Below, piece after piece: positions 35,606 to 47,800 of a stretch of DNA of 64,000 bases. A model generated the notes under the pieces. The model was not told the origin of the DNA, did no database searches, and saw nothing but the letters and a program-made list of their open reading frames with translations. Where the stretch lies: assembly GCA_964579205.1 (NCBI GenBank), contig CAZOFH010000002.1, forward strand, positions 21,108 through 85,107, read 5' to 3'. A program made the position numbers and the translations under genes. Each line of letters starts with the position of its first letter. The first letter of the stretch is position 1. This stretch comes from an uncultured Christensenella sp. (GTDB lineage Bacteria > Bacillota > Clostridia > Christensenellales > UBA1242).

Positions 35606-35681
35606 TGGCTCCCCAAGCAGGACTTGAACCTGCGACCTGCCGGTTAACAGCCGGACGCTCTACCGACTGAGCTATTGGGGA
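35606..35681 (-). tRNA. tRNA-Asn (anticodon GUU), CCA encoded
   Basis: Minus strand TCCCCAATAGCTCAGTCGGTAGAGCGTCCGGCTGTTAACCGGCAGGTCGCAGGTTCAAGTCCTGCTTGGGGAGCCA. Anticodon loop CTGTTAA. One U-C mismatch at the top of the anticodon stem. Confidence 0.9.
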
Positions 35682-35977
35682 ATAATGTTTTTGCCTTGGG
35701 GTGCTCGCTAATACGAGCGTGTGAAGGGATTGGTCAATAAAAGAGGAAGGTACTCTCAGTTTTTATTGATACCCAAGACAAGAACAATCATAGTTTAGCA
35801 AATTTTTTGTGATATGTCAATAATTTTTACCAAAAATTTAAAAAAAATTCGCAAATTTTTTGTTTCGGGAGGTTTTTGGGGCGATTTGGGGCAAAAATCG
35901 ACAATTTGGGTATTGTCAAAGCCGCAAAAATGTGATATAATCTATATATAAGGAAAAAGGTGAAGGATAAGTGTATT

Positions 35978-36811
35978 ATGGAAAACAGGAATATTTATGA
36001 GGAGTTTGGCGACCTCGTCGCCGAATACGAGGCGCGAGGGCTGGTGCCTATGCTGTATATCGATTTTGGGACTTCGATATTGATGCGTGGGATAAAAAAT
36101 ATCGGTCCTGCTGGGAGATTTTTGCCTACTGAGTACGAGTTGGTGCCGAGCGGAGAGACGGGGACATTCAGATACTGCGACACTGCGTCATACATACTAT
36201 TCGCGCAAAATGAGCAAGATGCGATGCTAGGATATAGGATGCGGATGTCGCTGGTGAGTAAATTAAATAGGAATATCCCAAAGTGGTATACAGAGTCGCG
36301 GGTGTACGGTATCGATGCTGCGGGGGACTTGCACGATATTTTTGATGTGCCGCTATTCGTGATAAAGGATATCAAAAATCGCGAACTAGAAGAACTGGTG
36401 GAATATTCAAACAATTTGGTAAGTCGGTACGGATGTGGCGGAATTATGGCTAGCAAGTGTGGGGCTGGTGGTAGAGATGCGACTATAATCTTGCACGCAA
36501 ACAAGATAACCGCGGCTCATGACAAGACTGTCACTGCGCGTACGTGTATAATGAATAGAGTATGGGCTAAGGTGGCTCGCTATTACGACACGCAGATACT
36601 AGACGACCGCGGCGGGTCAAATCAAGAGAATATTTGCAAGTATATGAGCCCGACTACACGAAAACTCTATGCTGAGCATCGCACTGAGCAAATGCTAATT
36701 AACGGAGAGATTGGCGACGGCGCCGAGGCTAGGTCTGCAAAAATTAATAAGGAAAAGACATTTTCTGATCCGATATTTGTGGCACAACGCGAGTTGCTAT
36801 TCAGACAATAA
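35978..36811 (+). CDS. hypothetical cytoplasmic protein (no recognisable domain)
   Basis: 277-aa ORF from ATG 35978 (alternative GTG 35960). No signal peptide or TM. Confidence 0.75.
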   Translation: MENRNIYEEFGDLVAEYEARGLVPMLYIDFGTSILMRGIKNIGPAGRFLPTEYELVPSGETGTFRYCDTASYILFAQNEQDAMLGYRMRMSLVSKLNRNIPKWYTESRVYGIDAAGDLHDIFDVPLFVIKDIKNRELEELVEYSNNLVSRYGCGGIMASKCGAGGRDATIILHANKITAAHDKTVTARTCIMNRVWAKVARYYDTQILDDRGGSNQENICKYMSPTTRKLYAEHRTEQMLINGEIGDGAEARSAKINKEKTFSDPIFVAQRELLFRQ

Positions 36812-37211
36812 AACGTTCAATAATTGCGCCTCAAAAAAGCAATCTTGATGAGTAAAACTACTAGCAAATCGCCCCAGAAAAACCACTACCAAAACAATAG
36901 CGATAGGTCTCTACAAAGTAGGCTAAAGCAGTAGTAAAACAGCCCTCACAAACTCGCCGTTTTGTCCAAAAGAAAGGTGGCAAAAAACGAAAAATAGTAG
37001 CGCTGTGAGTCGGGATAAAATCGCGAAAACCGTGAAAGTCGAAATAGGACTATTCGTAAAACGCGCAAGACAGATATTAAATTTGGTAAAATACCACTCA
37101 AAAACGCGCGTAAAAAATATCACAAAAATTAATAAAAAATCGACGACTAATCAGCAAAAAAAATTTGTGTAAAATTTGACAAAAATATAGGTAAAAGTAA
37201 GGAGAAAACAA

Positions 37212-38642
37212 ATGGAAAAACAAAAATCAACGCAATATATGCTCAATGCTTATGATAGGTTATTTTTAAAGGAATTGGACTTCGGTGAGATTATGCCAGT
37301 GGCGGTCATCAAAAATGCTACCCCTGAGGTAGAGGCTAGTTTTGAACATTGGGTGCAATTTTTCAACGCAAAGCACGAGAATCAAGACATCGACTTTGGC
37401 AGAGTGTCATTTAGGGGGAACAACTACTGCATTTTGGCGGCGCAGGATGCGTCTGTCCGTGCTAATTTGATGAGTCAAGGTATGCTCATCGAGCATTTTG
37501 TATCTAATGACGACCCTGATGTAAAATGCTACTTTTTTGACTGTAACAACAATCTTTTGGATGCTGGTGTGGCACCTGTGGTGTGCTTTAGTGTAAACAA
37601 CCGTCTGTCGGGTGTGGCGCGCAGAGATGGGCTAATCAATATCAAGCGCGCGCTAGCAGCGTGTGGCTCTAGCAATGTTGATTTTGAGTTGTTTCTCCAG
37701 CCAGAGGAGGAGATTAATGTCATCTATATGCGGCAGAGAGCAGGGGCTGAGATGGCTATGACCAATGATGTGGTAAAGGCGAGATATATGGCGCTCAATG
37801 TATTGGCACAGAATAGGGATACTGCAGTCAAAGTGTTTAGGATGAATATGTTGGGCGTGCAGAGAGTATCGCCGTTGACTCGCGAGGACTATGTGATTGC
37901 GGAAAAGAATACCGACTACTCGCAGCAAAATTTTGACTATGCGAGCAGTGCTATGAGGCGTAATCACGAGATAACCGACCTCGATGTTGAGCTTATTGGG
38001 CAGGAAAAAATCGACGGGAATAAGGTCGTGGTGAGTATTCTCAAAAACCCAGCGCTCAGAGATGTGAGTTTTGGGAAGTTGTGTGAGAAAATTGCGTCAC
38101 GTAGAAAGATACCTGTTTGCGAAATAAAGCAAATCATCAATGCTGACGGTGATAGGTTGATGTACCTCGTATCGGACAAGCGCTATGCTGGTGAGTATGC
38201 TATGAGTGCGTCATATATCCAAGGGCTGCTGTTGGGCGGTAGGGCAAAGAGTTGCTCGATTGTTATGATGAACCTCGACAAAGACGGGCGTCTTGTGTCT
38301 GTCGATAGGCGTCTAGTAGCCAAGTTGAGTGCTGGTGACCCACAGGTAATCAAGGCATTTGAGCGCAATCTCCAAGAGAATGAGCAATGTGCAAAACTCA
38401 ACCCGAGCCTGCAGTATTTCGGCAACAAAGAGTACGGCTTGTACATTGATAACTGCGTGATGACTTCGCGGAACAACCGCCCTTATGCCAATGCTGCAGT
38501 GTCGCCTTTGATAAAAGAGGTCAAGTCTTGCGGACTTAGGTACAGCCTCACCGACGCGTATGGCGAGGTGACCAAGACTGGCGGCTCGTACAAGACTGCC
38601 GAGCGTGCAGCGTCAAAGTTGTTGGAGCAAGAAAAGCAATAG
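37212..38642 (+). CDS. hypothetical cytoplasmic protein (no recognisable domain)
   Basis: 476-aa ORF, SD TAAGGAGA. No signal peptide or TM. Confidence 0.8.
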   Translation: MEKQKSTQYMLNAYDRLFLKELDFGEIMPVAVIKNATPEVEASFEHWVQFFNAKHENQDIDFGRVSFRGNNYCILAAQDASVRANLMSQGMLIEHFVSNDDPDVKCYFFDCNNNLLDAGVAPVVCFSVNNRLSGVARRDGLINIKRALAACGSSNVDFELFLQPEEEINVIYMRQRAGAEMAMTNDVVKARYMALNVLAQNRDTAVKVFRMNMLGVQRVSPLTREDYVIAEKNTDYSQQNFDYASSAMRRNHEITDLDVELIGQEKIDGNKVVVSILKNPALRDVSFGKLCEKIASRRKIPVCEIKQIINADGDRLMYLVSDKRYAGEYAMSASYIQGLLLGGRAKSCSIVMMNLDKDGRLVSVDRRLVAKLSAGDPQVIKAFERNLQENEQCAKLNPSLQYFGNKEYGLYIDNCVMTSRNNRPYANAAVSPLIKEVKSCGLRYSLTDAYGEVTKTGGSYKTAERAASKLLEQEKQ

Positions 38643-38867
38643 TTTGTGTAAAAATCGACTAGGAATAAAGACCTAGTCTTTTTTTGTGCAAATTTCTCCA
38701 AAAAATTATGCTACAAGCCTCATTTTATTTGCTTTATTTGGCAAAATATATTAAAATTAGACAAGGTATTTTTTATAGTCGCGTTTTTGAGCAAAAATAT
38801 AACTTTTTTTGACATAAAAATACTTGCTAATACGCAAAATAAAAAGGAAAAATAGGGGTTCGGAGCA

Positions 38868-41800
38868 ATGGCGATGAGTAAATTACGTTACTTGTGGTGC
38901 GGGGTCTTGATTTTGCTGCTGGTCTGCGGGCTATGCTTTGCGGGATGTGGTAATAATATCGACAATCTGTCTATCAAGTTGAGCGCCTCAGGGCTAGTAG
39001 AGAGTGAAAAAGAAGGAGAATATGACCTAACATTGGTCAAGACGACTGGGCAAGACGACCTATCGTGGTCTGCGGTCGTCTCGGCAGAAGTGCTGGGTAT
39101 CTCGGGCTCAATGTCGCCCAAAATCGAGTGGAGCAGCGACAGCCGATATGTGGTAGTGACGCCGAATGCCGACGGCACGAGGGCTACTATCACGGGTGTC
39201 ACCTCGACTAGTGCGCCTACCGTGGTCACGGCATACAGCATTGAAAACCGCAACGCCGAGGCTAGGATCAATGTCACCAATATTGTTACGCCGCAAAGGA
39301 TAACGGGGAGCAAATACGCCGCTGGTGAATTGGGTATCCCGCTAGGTACGCCGTTTTCGCTCTTGCCGGGGGATTTGTTTCAATTTTACCCTAGCGACGC
39401 CACCGTGCCAGTATATGAGTACAAGATTGACGGGGTGACCGTTTCGTCGGATGAGGAGTTTACTCTCCAAAATCTCACCGACGGCTACGCTACTCTCTCC
39501 GCTGCGCCATTGGACAAGTCTGGATATACCACAGAGCAGTTGGCTGCGCTGAGTTATACTATCCAGAGCGTCAGGATTTATAACCCGTTGACAGATCAAA
39601 ACACTACTCTTACTATGGCGGGGCAAGAGGGTGACGTCAGCGAAATTACCCTCATCAAAAACGCGAAAAACAAAAACAAAGCCATTCTCACCGTCAATGC
39701 GCCGTCTAGCATCGAATACTCGATTACTAGTGAAAACAATATCGTTTTTGACGAAGAAACCAACAAAAGAGGCGTGTTGAGCGTTACTTTTGACGCAAAG
39801 ACAAAGCAGTTTACCTTGGTTGGTGTGGAGGCTTTGGACGAATTTTGCGATGTGAATATTCACTTTACTATCGCAGGGGTAAAGAATTCTATAGTATTGA
39901 CCAAGACTTTTGCAGTGCGCATAGTCGACTATCCAACAGCCATTTCGGTCAACGGCGTGGCAGGGAGTACCGATGTGCATCTGAGGGTGTTTGATCAATA
40001 TCAGTCAGGGGTAAAAGGTACGCCGTTGCGCCTGAATATCTCGCCTGACAGTATGCTCTTTACCAATATTAGCATTGCAGTAGACACCACCACTCAGGCG
40101 GAAAACTTGACCCTAATGAGTAGCCTGCTAATAGACAACAAGCCATTCACGGGCAGCCTCGATAATATCAAGAGCGGCACGACAATGTACTTGACTAATA
40201 GTAAGGGGTATGGTGAATTTGATATCCTAGTGTATGCTGCGGATACTCGCGGTACCGAGGATGAAGTGGTGCGTAGGATAACCATTAGCCTAGAGCAGAG
40301 CGTTACCTCAATGACGGTGGACAGTGCCGTGTTAGATAATGCTACCAGTCATCTAATACTCGAGGTGGATGAATACGGCAGCGGTGCAGTCATCAATACG
40401 CGTGACCTCACTGTCGCTATCACTCCGCAAACGGCATCTTTTGATACAGTCACAGTCGCTAGTGAAGATGAGGATATCGTGGATGTGTCTATCACTGATT
40501 ATACAGACTGCGTGATTACCGTCCGCGCGAAGAAAATCGGTCAAACGCGCATCACCTTGCTCGCTGAGAGTGGGGTGCGACTCAATATCTCGGTGCGTGT
40601 AGTCGCTCGGTACAAGACGATGTCTATTTCGCTCGACCCGAATATGTCGTCAGTAATGTATTGTGCAGACTTGACTGTGACAAAGCCTGTAGAGGGTGTC
40701 TCTGATGTAGAGACATTGTCGCGGGCGTACATTGCCAAAACAGGTAGTGGCGACGGTGTGTACCTGATGAGTGCCTTTTATCCACAGGCGGCTATTACCT
40801 CAGAAATGGTATCGTCGATAGAGTTTATCTCGAGTGACAATTCAATCGCCAGCCTATATAATACCAACTCGAGCTTTTACCGCAATGTGCTCACTACCGA
40901 ACGTGCTGGTGTGGTAAGTTTTGATATCAAGGTCAAGTATTATAGGCTAGTCGGCAGCAGTCTAGTGCTGCAAGAAGAAGTGATGAATAGCGCCTTTACT
41001 ATCCAAGTATTCGAGCGCGTGGCATCACTTAGTGTCAATGAGTCTAGTGTAGAATTGCTCGCCGAAGTACAGAGTTTTGGTGTAGGCGGTAGTAAGCCTG
41101 CCAGTGTATACGACACTGCCAACAATAGCAAAACGCTCAAAGTGACAGTCAACCCGTCAAACTCAAATATCACGGCAAATGACGCGATTTGGTCAGTGGT
41201 GGGGAATACTTCAAAAATTACTCTCAGCACCACTAGAGGTTCTGAGACGGTGGTCAGCGTCAGCCCTCTCGCGGGTAACAGTCTGCGAGTGACGGCGACT
41301 ATAGTAGTTTCGCTTACCGACCTAAATGGCGTGACTTTTACTCAAGAAGTCAAGATAGTAGCCAACAAAATCCAGCAAATCACCGATGTTTATATCAACA
41401 ACTACGAGAATTCGCTCAAAAACAACTCACTATACTTTGAGTTGTTTAAGGATGACGGCTACACGCTAGATGTTTCTGTCGCACCTACCACCGCTACCAA
41501 CAAAAAGTTGGAGTACATTATATACGATGCAGAATTGCTCCCAGCGTGGACGGCGGGGCAAGATGTCATCCGTGTGTACGCGGGCAACAATAAGTATCAG
41601 TATTACAATGTATTGCCGCGTACTGCAGGGGATAGCGCTTATGCGACGCAATATCAATGTAAGACTGCCGACCTAATATACAACGAGGCAGACGGCACAT
41701 ATTCTATCAAGCCAAAACGCGCGGGCTATGCATTCGTATTCATTATTCCGCAAGATGTCGCGAACCAAAAAGTGGATGAAATCACCGAGGGCTTGACACC

Positions 41801-44800
41801 GCAGTTGCGTAACGTAACCGATAGGTCGACTATCAAGCGTATACCTATTACGGTGGCTGACGGTGAGAGCGTGTATTATCAACTATACACCGCGGACGAT
41901 GTGGCGAGTATTGGGTCTACCGATGCGGGTTTGACCAAGAATTATTACCTGATGAACACTATCGATATGAGCGCGTATATTAATAAGCAACTCAACAAAG
42001 ATAGTAGTTGGGAATGGACTCCTATCGGGAGCCTAAGCAAGCCATTCAGTGGTACAGTGCAATCAATGGTTTACGGCGGCGAAAGCCCTGCACAGAGTAT
42101 AGTGGGCTGGTCGCTGTCGAGGAATTTTGACAGCATCGCCTCGGGTAGTACTACCGACTATCGAAACTACGGTATTTGGGGGGTGGTGACTGGTGAAATC
42201 AAGAATATCAATATTTATATCAACAATTACACCGTTAGCCAAGGCGTCTTTGTGGCGTCTGGTACTACCGCTCTCAACAACTACAATTACGGTCTAGTCG
42301 TCGGAAGGTTGGGCACTCGCCAAATTACTGTCGAGGGTACCGAAGATACTATTACGCAGTATGGTCGCCTCACAAATGTGACTGTGTACTGCTCAAATAT
42401 GACATACATCTATGCGCGCGCAGGCAACAATCAAAATACGCTAGTCAGCGCAAATCTCGGTGCTGTGGGTATGCTGGACGCTGGTACGACGGCTGATAGC
42501 ATCAATGTCAGCATCAATTCGGCTAGCATCTCTAGTGACGATCTAATCATCAACTTTGGTGGAATTGTCGGCAAAAACTACGGTATAGTCGGCGGTTCGG
42601 CACAAATCAACAATTATCGCAATTCAGCCTCAGTGACTGCCTCGGTATCGGTGACATACAATACGCCGAAAGCTACGCAGTCGACCTTGGGTGGGGCGAT
42701 AGGTCTCAACTTTGGTGAGGCAAGGCATATTTCGGCACAAGGCAGCCTGTCTAGCGACTCGCAAATCGCAATTCTCGGCGGCGTAGTGGGTAGAAACTAC
42801 TACAATGCAGAATATGAGATAGTCGATGCCGAGGGCAATACGATGCAGAGTGCTGCGCTGATAAGCAATGTATTGAGCGCGGTGCGCATCAGCACTACCG
42901 CTGCAGGAACGATAGTCGGTGGTGTAGTAGGTAGCAGTGTGGGCGGTGAGATAAGTTTTGCTTATTACGATATCTACACAGTACTCATCAACGGCACAAA
43001 TAGCAGTCTCGGGCTATCAGGCTCAGGCTATACTGGTGGTATTGCTGGTACGATAGAGAATACCGACATTTCGTATGTAATCGTGCAGTCGTACTACATT
43101 GATAGTGATGTCGCTAATATCTCGAATGCTCGGGATAGCAATGGTGCTATCGGTGGTTTGGTAGGGCGTGCAAAGGGCGGTAGCATCTCACACAGTTTCG
43201 TAAACGCTGGGTTAAAAGCCTCTACTGGTGTAGTCGGTGGTATTTTGGGTGAGGCGCAGAGTGGAGCAGATAGCGCTACTCAGATTAGCGATGTGTTCGC
43301 TCGCGGGTATTTGACCGCGCCTAGTGCAAATTCGGGCTACGCATTCGTCGGCAGATACGCAAGTTTTGTGTCGATAAAGGATGCATATGCGGATTTTGAG
43401 AATGACTCACTAGACGCCTTTTATCAAAAGAACGGCACGGTAGAGAATATTTACCTCGTCCGCAGTACCGAAACTACTACTGATACCACCAATGCAGAAA
43501 TCAAGATTATCAACCGTACTGAATTGACAGGCAAATCGGTCGCCGAACTACTATTCGAGGTAGACTCTTGGGCAATAGATAGCAGTGCTACTACTCCTAT
43601 AAACGGCGGCTTGCCATACTTGCTCTACGACGGTGCGCCATTCGTGCGTATGGTGCCGAATAATGTAGAGGTGTCGGCTAGGACTTTTGAGACTATGCAC
43701 GAGGGCAAAATTAACACCGTCCTCAATGTCGGCACAGATGACAAAAAATTGATTTTGGCATATCAAGAGGACGCTATATATACGTTAAGCGATTTGTTTG
43801 ACCTCAGCACCGACCTTAGCCTTGGCGCGGATAGCATCAGCATCAATTATTCGCTAAACAACACTAGCGTCATCCAACTGTTGACTACAGCCAATTTTGT
43901 GACTACTCAGTTTAAAGTCATCGGCACAGGTACGGTGTGTATGCGGATTAGCAGTAGTCAAAACGCGAGAGCGTACGATGTGGTGCAGATTTGCGTAATA
44001 GAGAGTTTTGATAGCGTGGACATTCTGGATGAAAACCGTGATAGCATCATCGAGAATAGTGCTTTGGGCAATTATACCACTCTCAAAATCAAGCACAACG
44101 GCAGTACCCAAGTATTCGCAGAATACACCTTTGACGGGCAAAAAATCAGTAATTTCTCTGGTGGTATAAAATTTGTCACCGGACTAAGATATGATGCTAG
44201 CCTTGATGCACTAGAGACGGTGAGAGATACCGAAGGTGCTATCCTCACGAACTACAATATCAGCATTCAGTCGTGGCAAGCGGGCGCATACGGCAGTCTC
44301 GACGTACTATATCATTATGTAGCCAACAATGACAAGATCGCTCTCGTGAGTGTCGGGAATGACAGGACTACTCGATTTGTGACCATTATTATCCCTTATA
44401 TAGATGTGCAATTTTATGCGCTAGATGCGGACAAAAACATCACCGCGCTCAATAGTTATCGCTACGAAATCAGCGAATTCGGCGAGTTGAGTTTTGAGAC
44501 GCAGATTTATTACGGCGTAAGTGATATCGTAATGGGCGTGGGTGACGGCACCCAAATCCAGTCGGGCGAAAAACTGCAGGCTGGCGTGACAATATTCAAT
44601 GACGCTTATGACGACAGTATGACGATAGATGACCTGCTGTATTATCAACTATATCGTGTGCTCGACGGCGGCGATACCGAAGAATTGGTCGCGTACTTTG
44701 ACCCAACTCTACCAGCCGCTCAGAGCGTGCTGGGGAGTAATGACATCTATGTCAACTTTACCGATATTACCTTTGTCGCCGAGACCAACGCAGTGATAAT

Positions 44801-47800
44801 CGACTACAATGTAGAATTGTCACAGACTATGCGCAAGAATTTGACCAAAAATCAAGTCTACCGCATAGTTATCGGTGCGATTGACGACAATGGCGAAAAA
44901 ATCGCCAAGACAGTTTCGCTGCAATGGACATTCACTCCTCAACAAGTGACGCGTATGGATATCGCGCATTACAGTGATGCAATCAATAGCGGCGCAAAAC
45001 TGACTCAAGCAGGCGATACCCCTACCAACACAATAGTAGCGGGTGAGTACGGCTTGCTCAAGATTAGCATTTCGCCAGACTATGCCAACTTTGAGCGCAT
45101 CACCCTCACTAGTAGCGAGGTAAACGGCAGCCCTATGGCATTTGACCAAAGAGTGCTAGAGGTGACTACCGACCGAACGACTGGTGAGGAGGTGTACAAT
45201 TACCTCACTTGGCAACAGGGCGTCGGGGTAATCACAAATGGTATTTCGCTACACCGCGTGAGCCTAGCGAATGGCGCTTTTGACGGTAATTTCTATGTGC
45301 GTACTATCTGCTTGCGCACCTTGCCCACAGGTACGCAATTTACCGTCACTGTGACTATTACGCAGAATGGGCAGCAGTATAGTTTCGCGAGGACACTCAC
45401 CGTGTACAAGACAGATACTCTGTCGCTAGAGGGGGAGAATTATAGCGACATTTTGGGGCATTATATCGTGGCAGAGGGTACGGGGTATGTATCGCCTAAT
45501 ACTTGGGTGCAAAACCAAAACCCTCTGACTGTCCAAATCGGTGCCGCATATTATGATACCGAAATCTCAGTCGATTCTGCTAGTGCTGCTCTCGGTGCTA
45601 GCGTGGTACGAGAAAACGGCAAATACTACCTCTACACAGGTAGGGTGAGCAAGAATAACCTCATCACCGTGACCTTGACCGCAAAGCAAAATATAGGCGG
45701 CTTTACATACCGCGCGACTAGGTCGATAACCTACGAGGTAGTGGACTTTTATATCCGCACATTGCGTGCTGACGAAGTAATGCCTACGACCAAGAGATAC
45801 GCGTTTATCGACGAAAAGTACTATGACTTTGATTTGTTCATCGGCATAGATGCGACGAATATAAACAAACTCACCGTCATCACTTTTGACCCGAGCAATG
45901 TGGCTACGTGTCAAAAAGTGCTCGACACTATCAATAGCCTAAATGGTATGGGGGTCACCCCGTACAATGGTTGGCTACGTAGGGTAGTAGAGTCGGACGG
46001 GAGGATTGCGTTCGCAGCGATTCAGCCGAAACTCGTTGCTGATGACCAATGGATAGACAACAATTATCAATTCCTCACCACCGCCACTGGGTACAAAGTA
46101 TTGAGTAGTGGCATCAGCACGGGCAACATTTTGCGCTACGAAATGCTATTCTATTACGACGCAGGTTCGTTTACCTTGACTGATAGCCAGTCAGACGCGA
46201 CATTCGGAATGTCGACCGACAATATAAACCTAGAATTTTATCAGGTGACTAGCCAAGAGCATCCTCAGCCTATCAGGACGCTAAACCAGTTTATGTCGAT
46301 GCAGGCTGATATCGACTACATTCTGCTCAACGACCTGACTATCACCGATGCGTGGACTCCGCTCAACGTGGCTGTCAAGAGTTTCAATGGTAATGGCTAC
46401 AGTATCCATTTTGACGCGACTAGCATTACGCCTGCTGGCGAGGACGCAAACTACGGTTTGTTTGGTACCATTGATGCAAAATCCGTCATCAAGAATGTGC
46501 GGATTGTACTAGGGGCTGATGGCTTGGCAATCAATGACGGTGAGGCGGCTCTAGGCAAACTAAACTTTGGTATCCTCGCAGGTACCAACAACGGTACCGT
46601 ATACAACTGTGAGGTATACGGGCTCAATAACAAGCAGGCAGCGATAGCGATGTCAGCCAACCCTGCCTCGACCTCTGTGAGTCACAATATCGCGGGTCTA
46701 GTCGCTATCAATACTGGCGGCATCAGTAATAGCCGTGTGCAGTACACCAGCCTAAGGGCGGGGGGTAATGTGGCAGGACTGGTAGTAGACAATAGCGGTA
46801 CTATCGCAGGTTCATTCTACTCGGGCGGTACTATTACCAACCTATCAGAGACAGAGACTTTCGCTACCTCGGGACTGGTAATCAACAATGCTTATGACGG
46901 CAAAATCACCTCTAGTTATGTAGGTGGTACATACACCGTCACCGACGCAGAGGGTAATACCTCTCTAGACACTCGCACCGCGGTAGCCAATACTAGAGAC
47001 GCGACTATTCAGTCAGGTGTGACCTCGGCAGGCTTTGTATACACAAACTACGGTAGCATCGCAGACTGCTATTCGGCAGTAGAGATATTCTCGACCAAGA
47101 TGAGCGGTTTTGTATTCACAAACTACTCATCAGGTACGATAGCGCGCTGCTATTCGACTAGCGACCTATCAGGTACGGGCTCAATCATCGCTAGTTACCC
47201 ATTCATTGGTGCGAATAGCGAGAATGCTAGCACAAACAACAACCTAAACAAAACCAACGGTATCACGAATTGTTATTACTACGACTCTGGCTTTGCGAAT
47301 ACTAGACTAGAGGAGGCGGCTCCGCTCGGCATCGACGACTTTTGCGGCGCGAATGGCAGCACAGTCTTTGCAGACTATATCTTCTCACGCGATGGCGAAG
47401 CGGGCTCAGAATTTACAGGAGTATGGGTGTTCGCCCAAAAAGACCACTTGTACTTTACTCCACAACGCTTTGTGTCTACTCTGCAAGTCGCCGCAGATGC
47501 AAGTATTGACAAATTGTATACCAACTTTGGACCGAAATTGGTCAGTGCGAGCCTCATCGCAACTCCAAGAATGCAACTCGTCAAATCTGAGGAAAATGCC
47601 GCTGGCGAAATCGTACACACATATGCCAACAAGTACACATCGGTGTTTACTTTGGAGGAAAATGGCGACTACTTTACCGACTATAGTTATGACCCAATCG
47701 TAGTCAGCAATATGGAGCAATTCAATAGCGCTTTTGACGCTGAGAGCGACAATCTAGTAGTCAAGGGCGAGGGCAGTGGTGCTATCATCTTGAGTAATAT

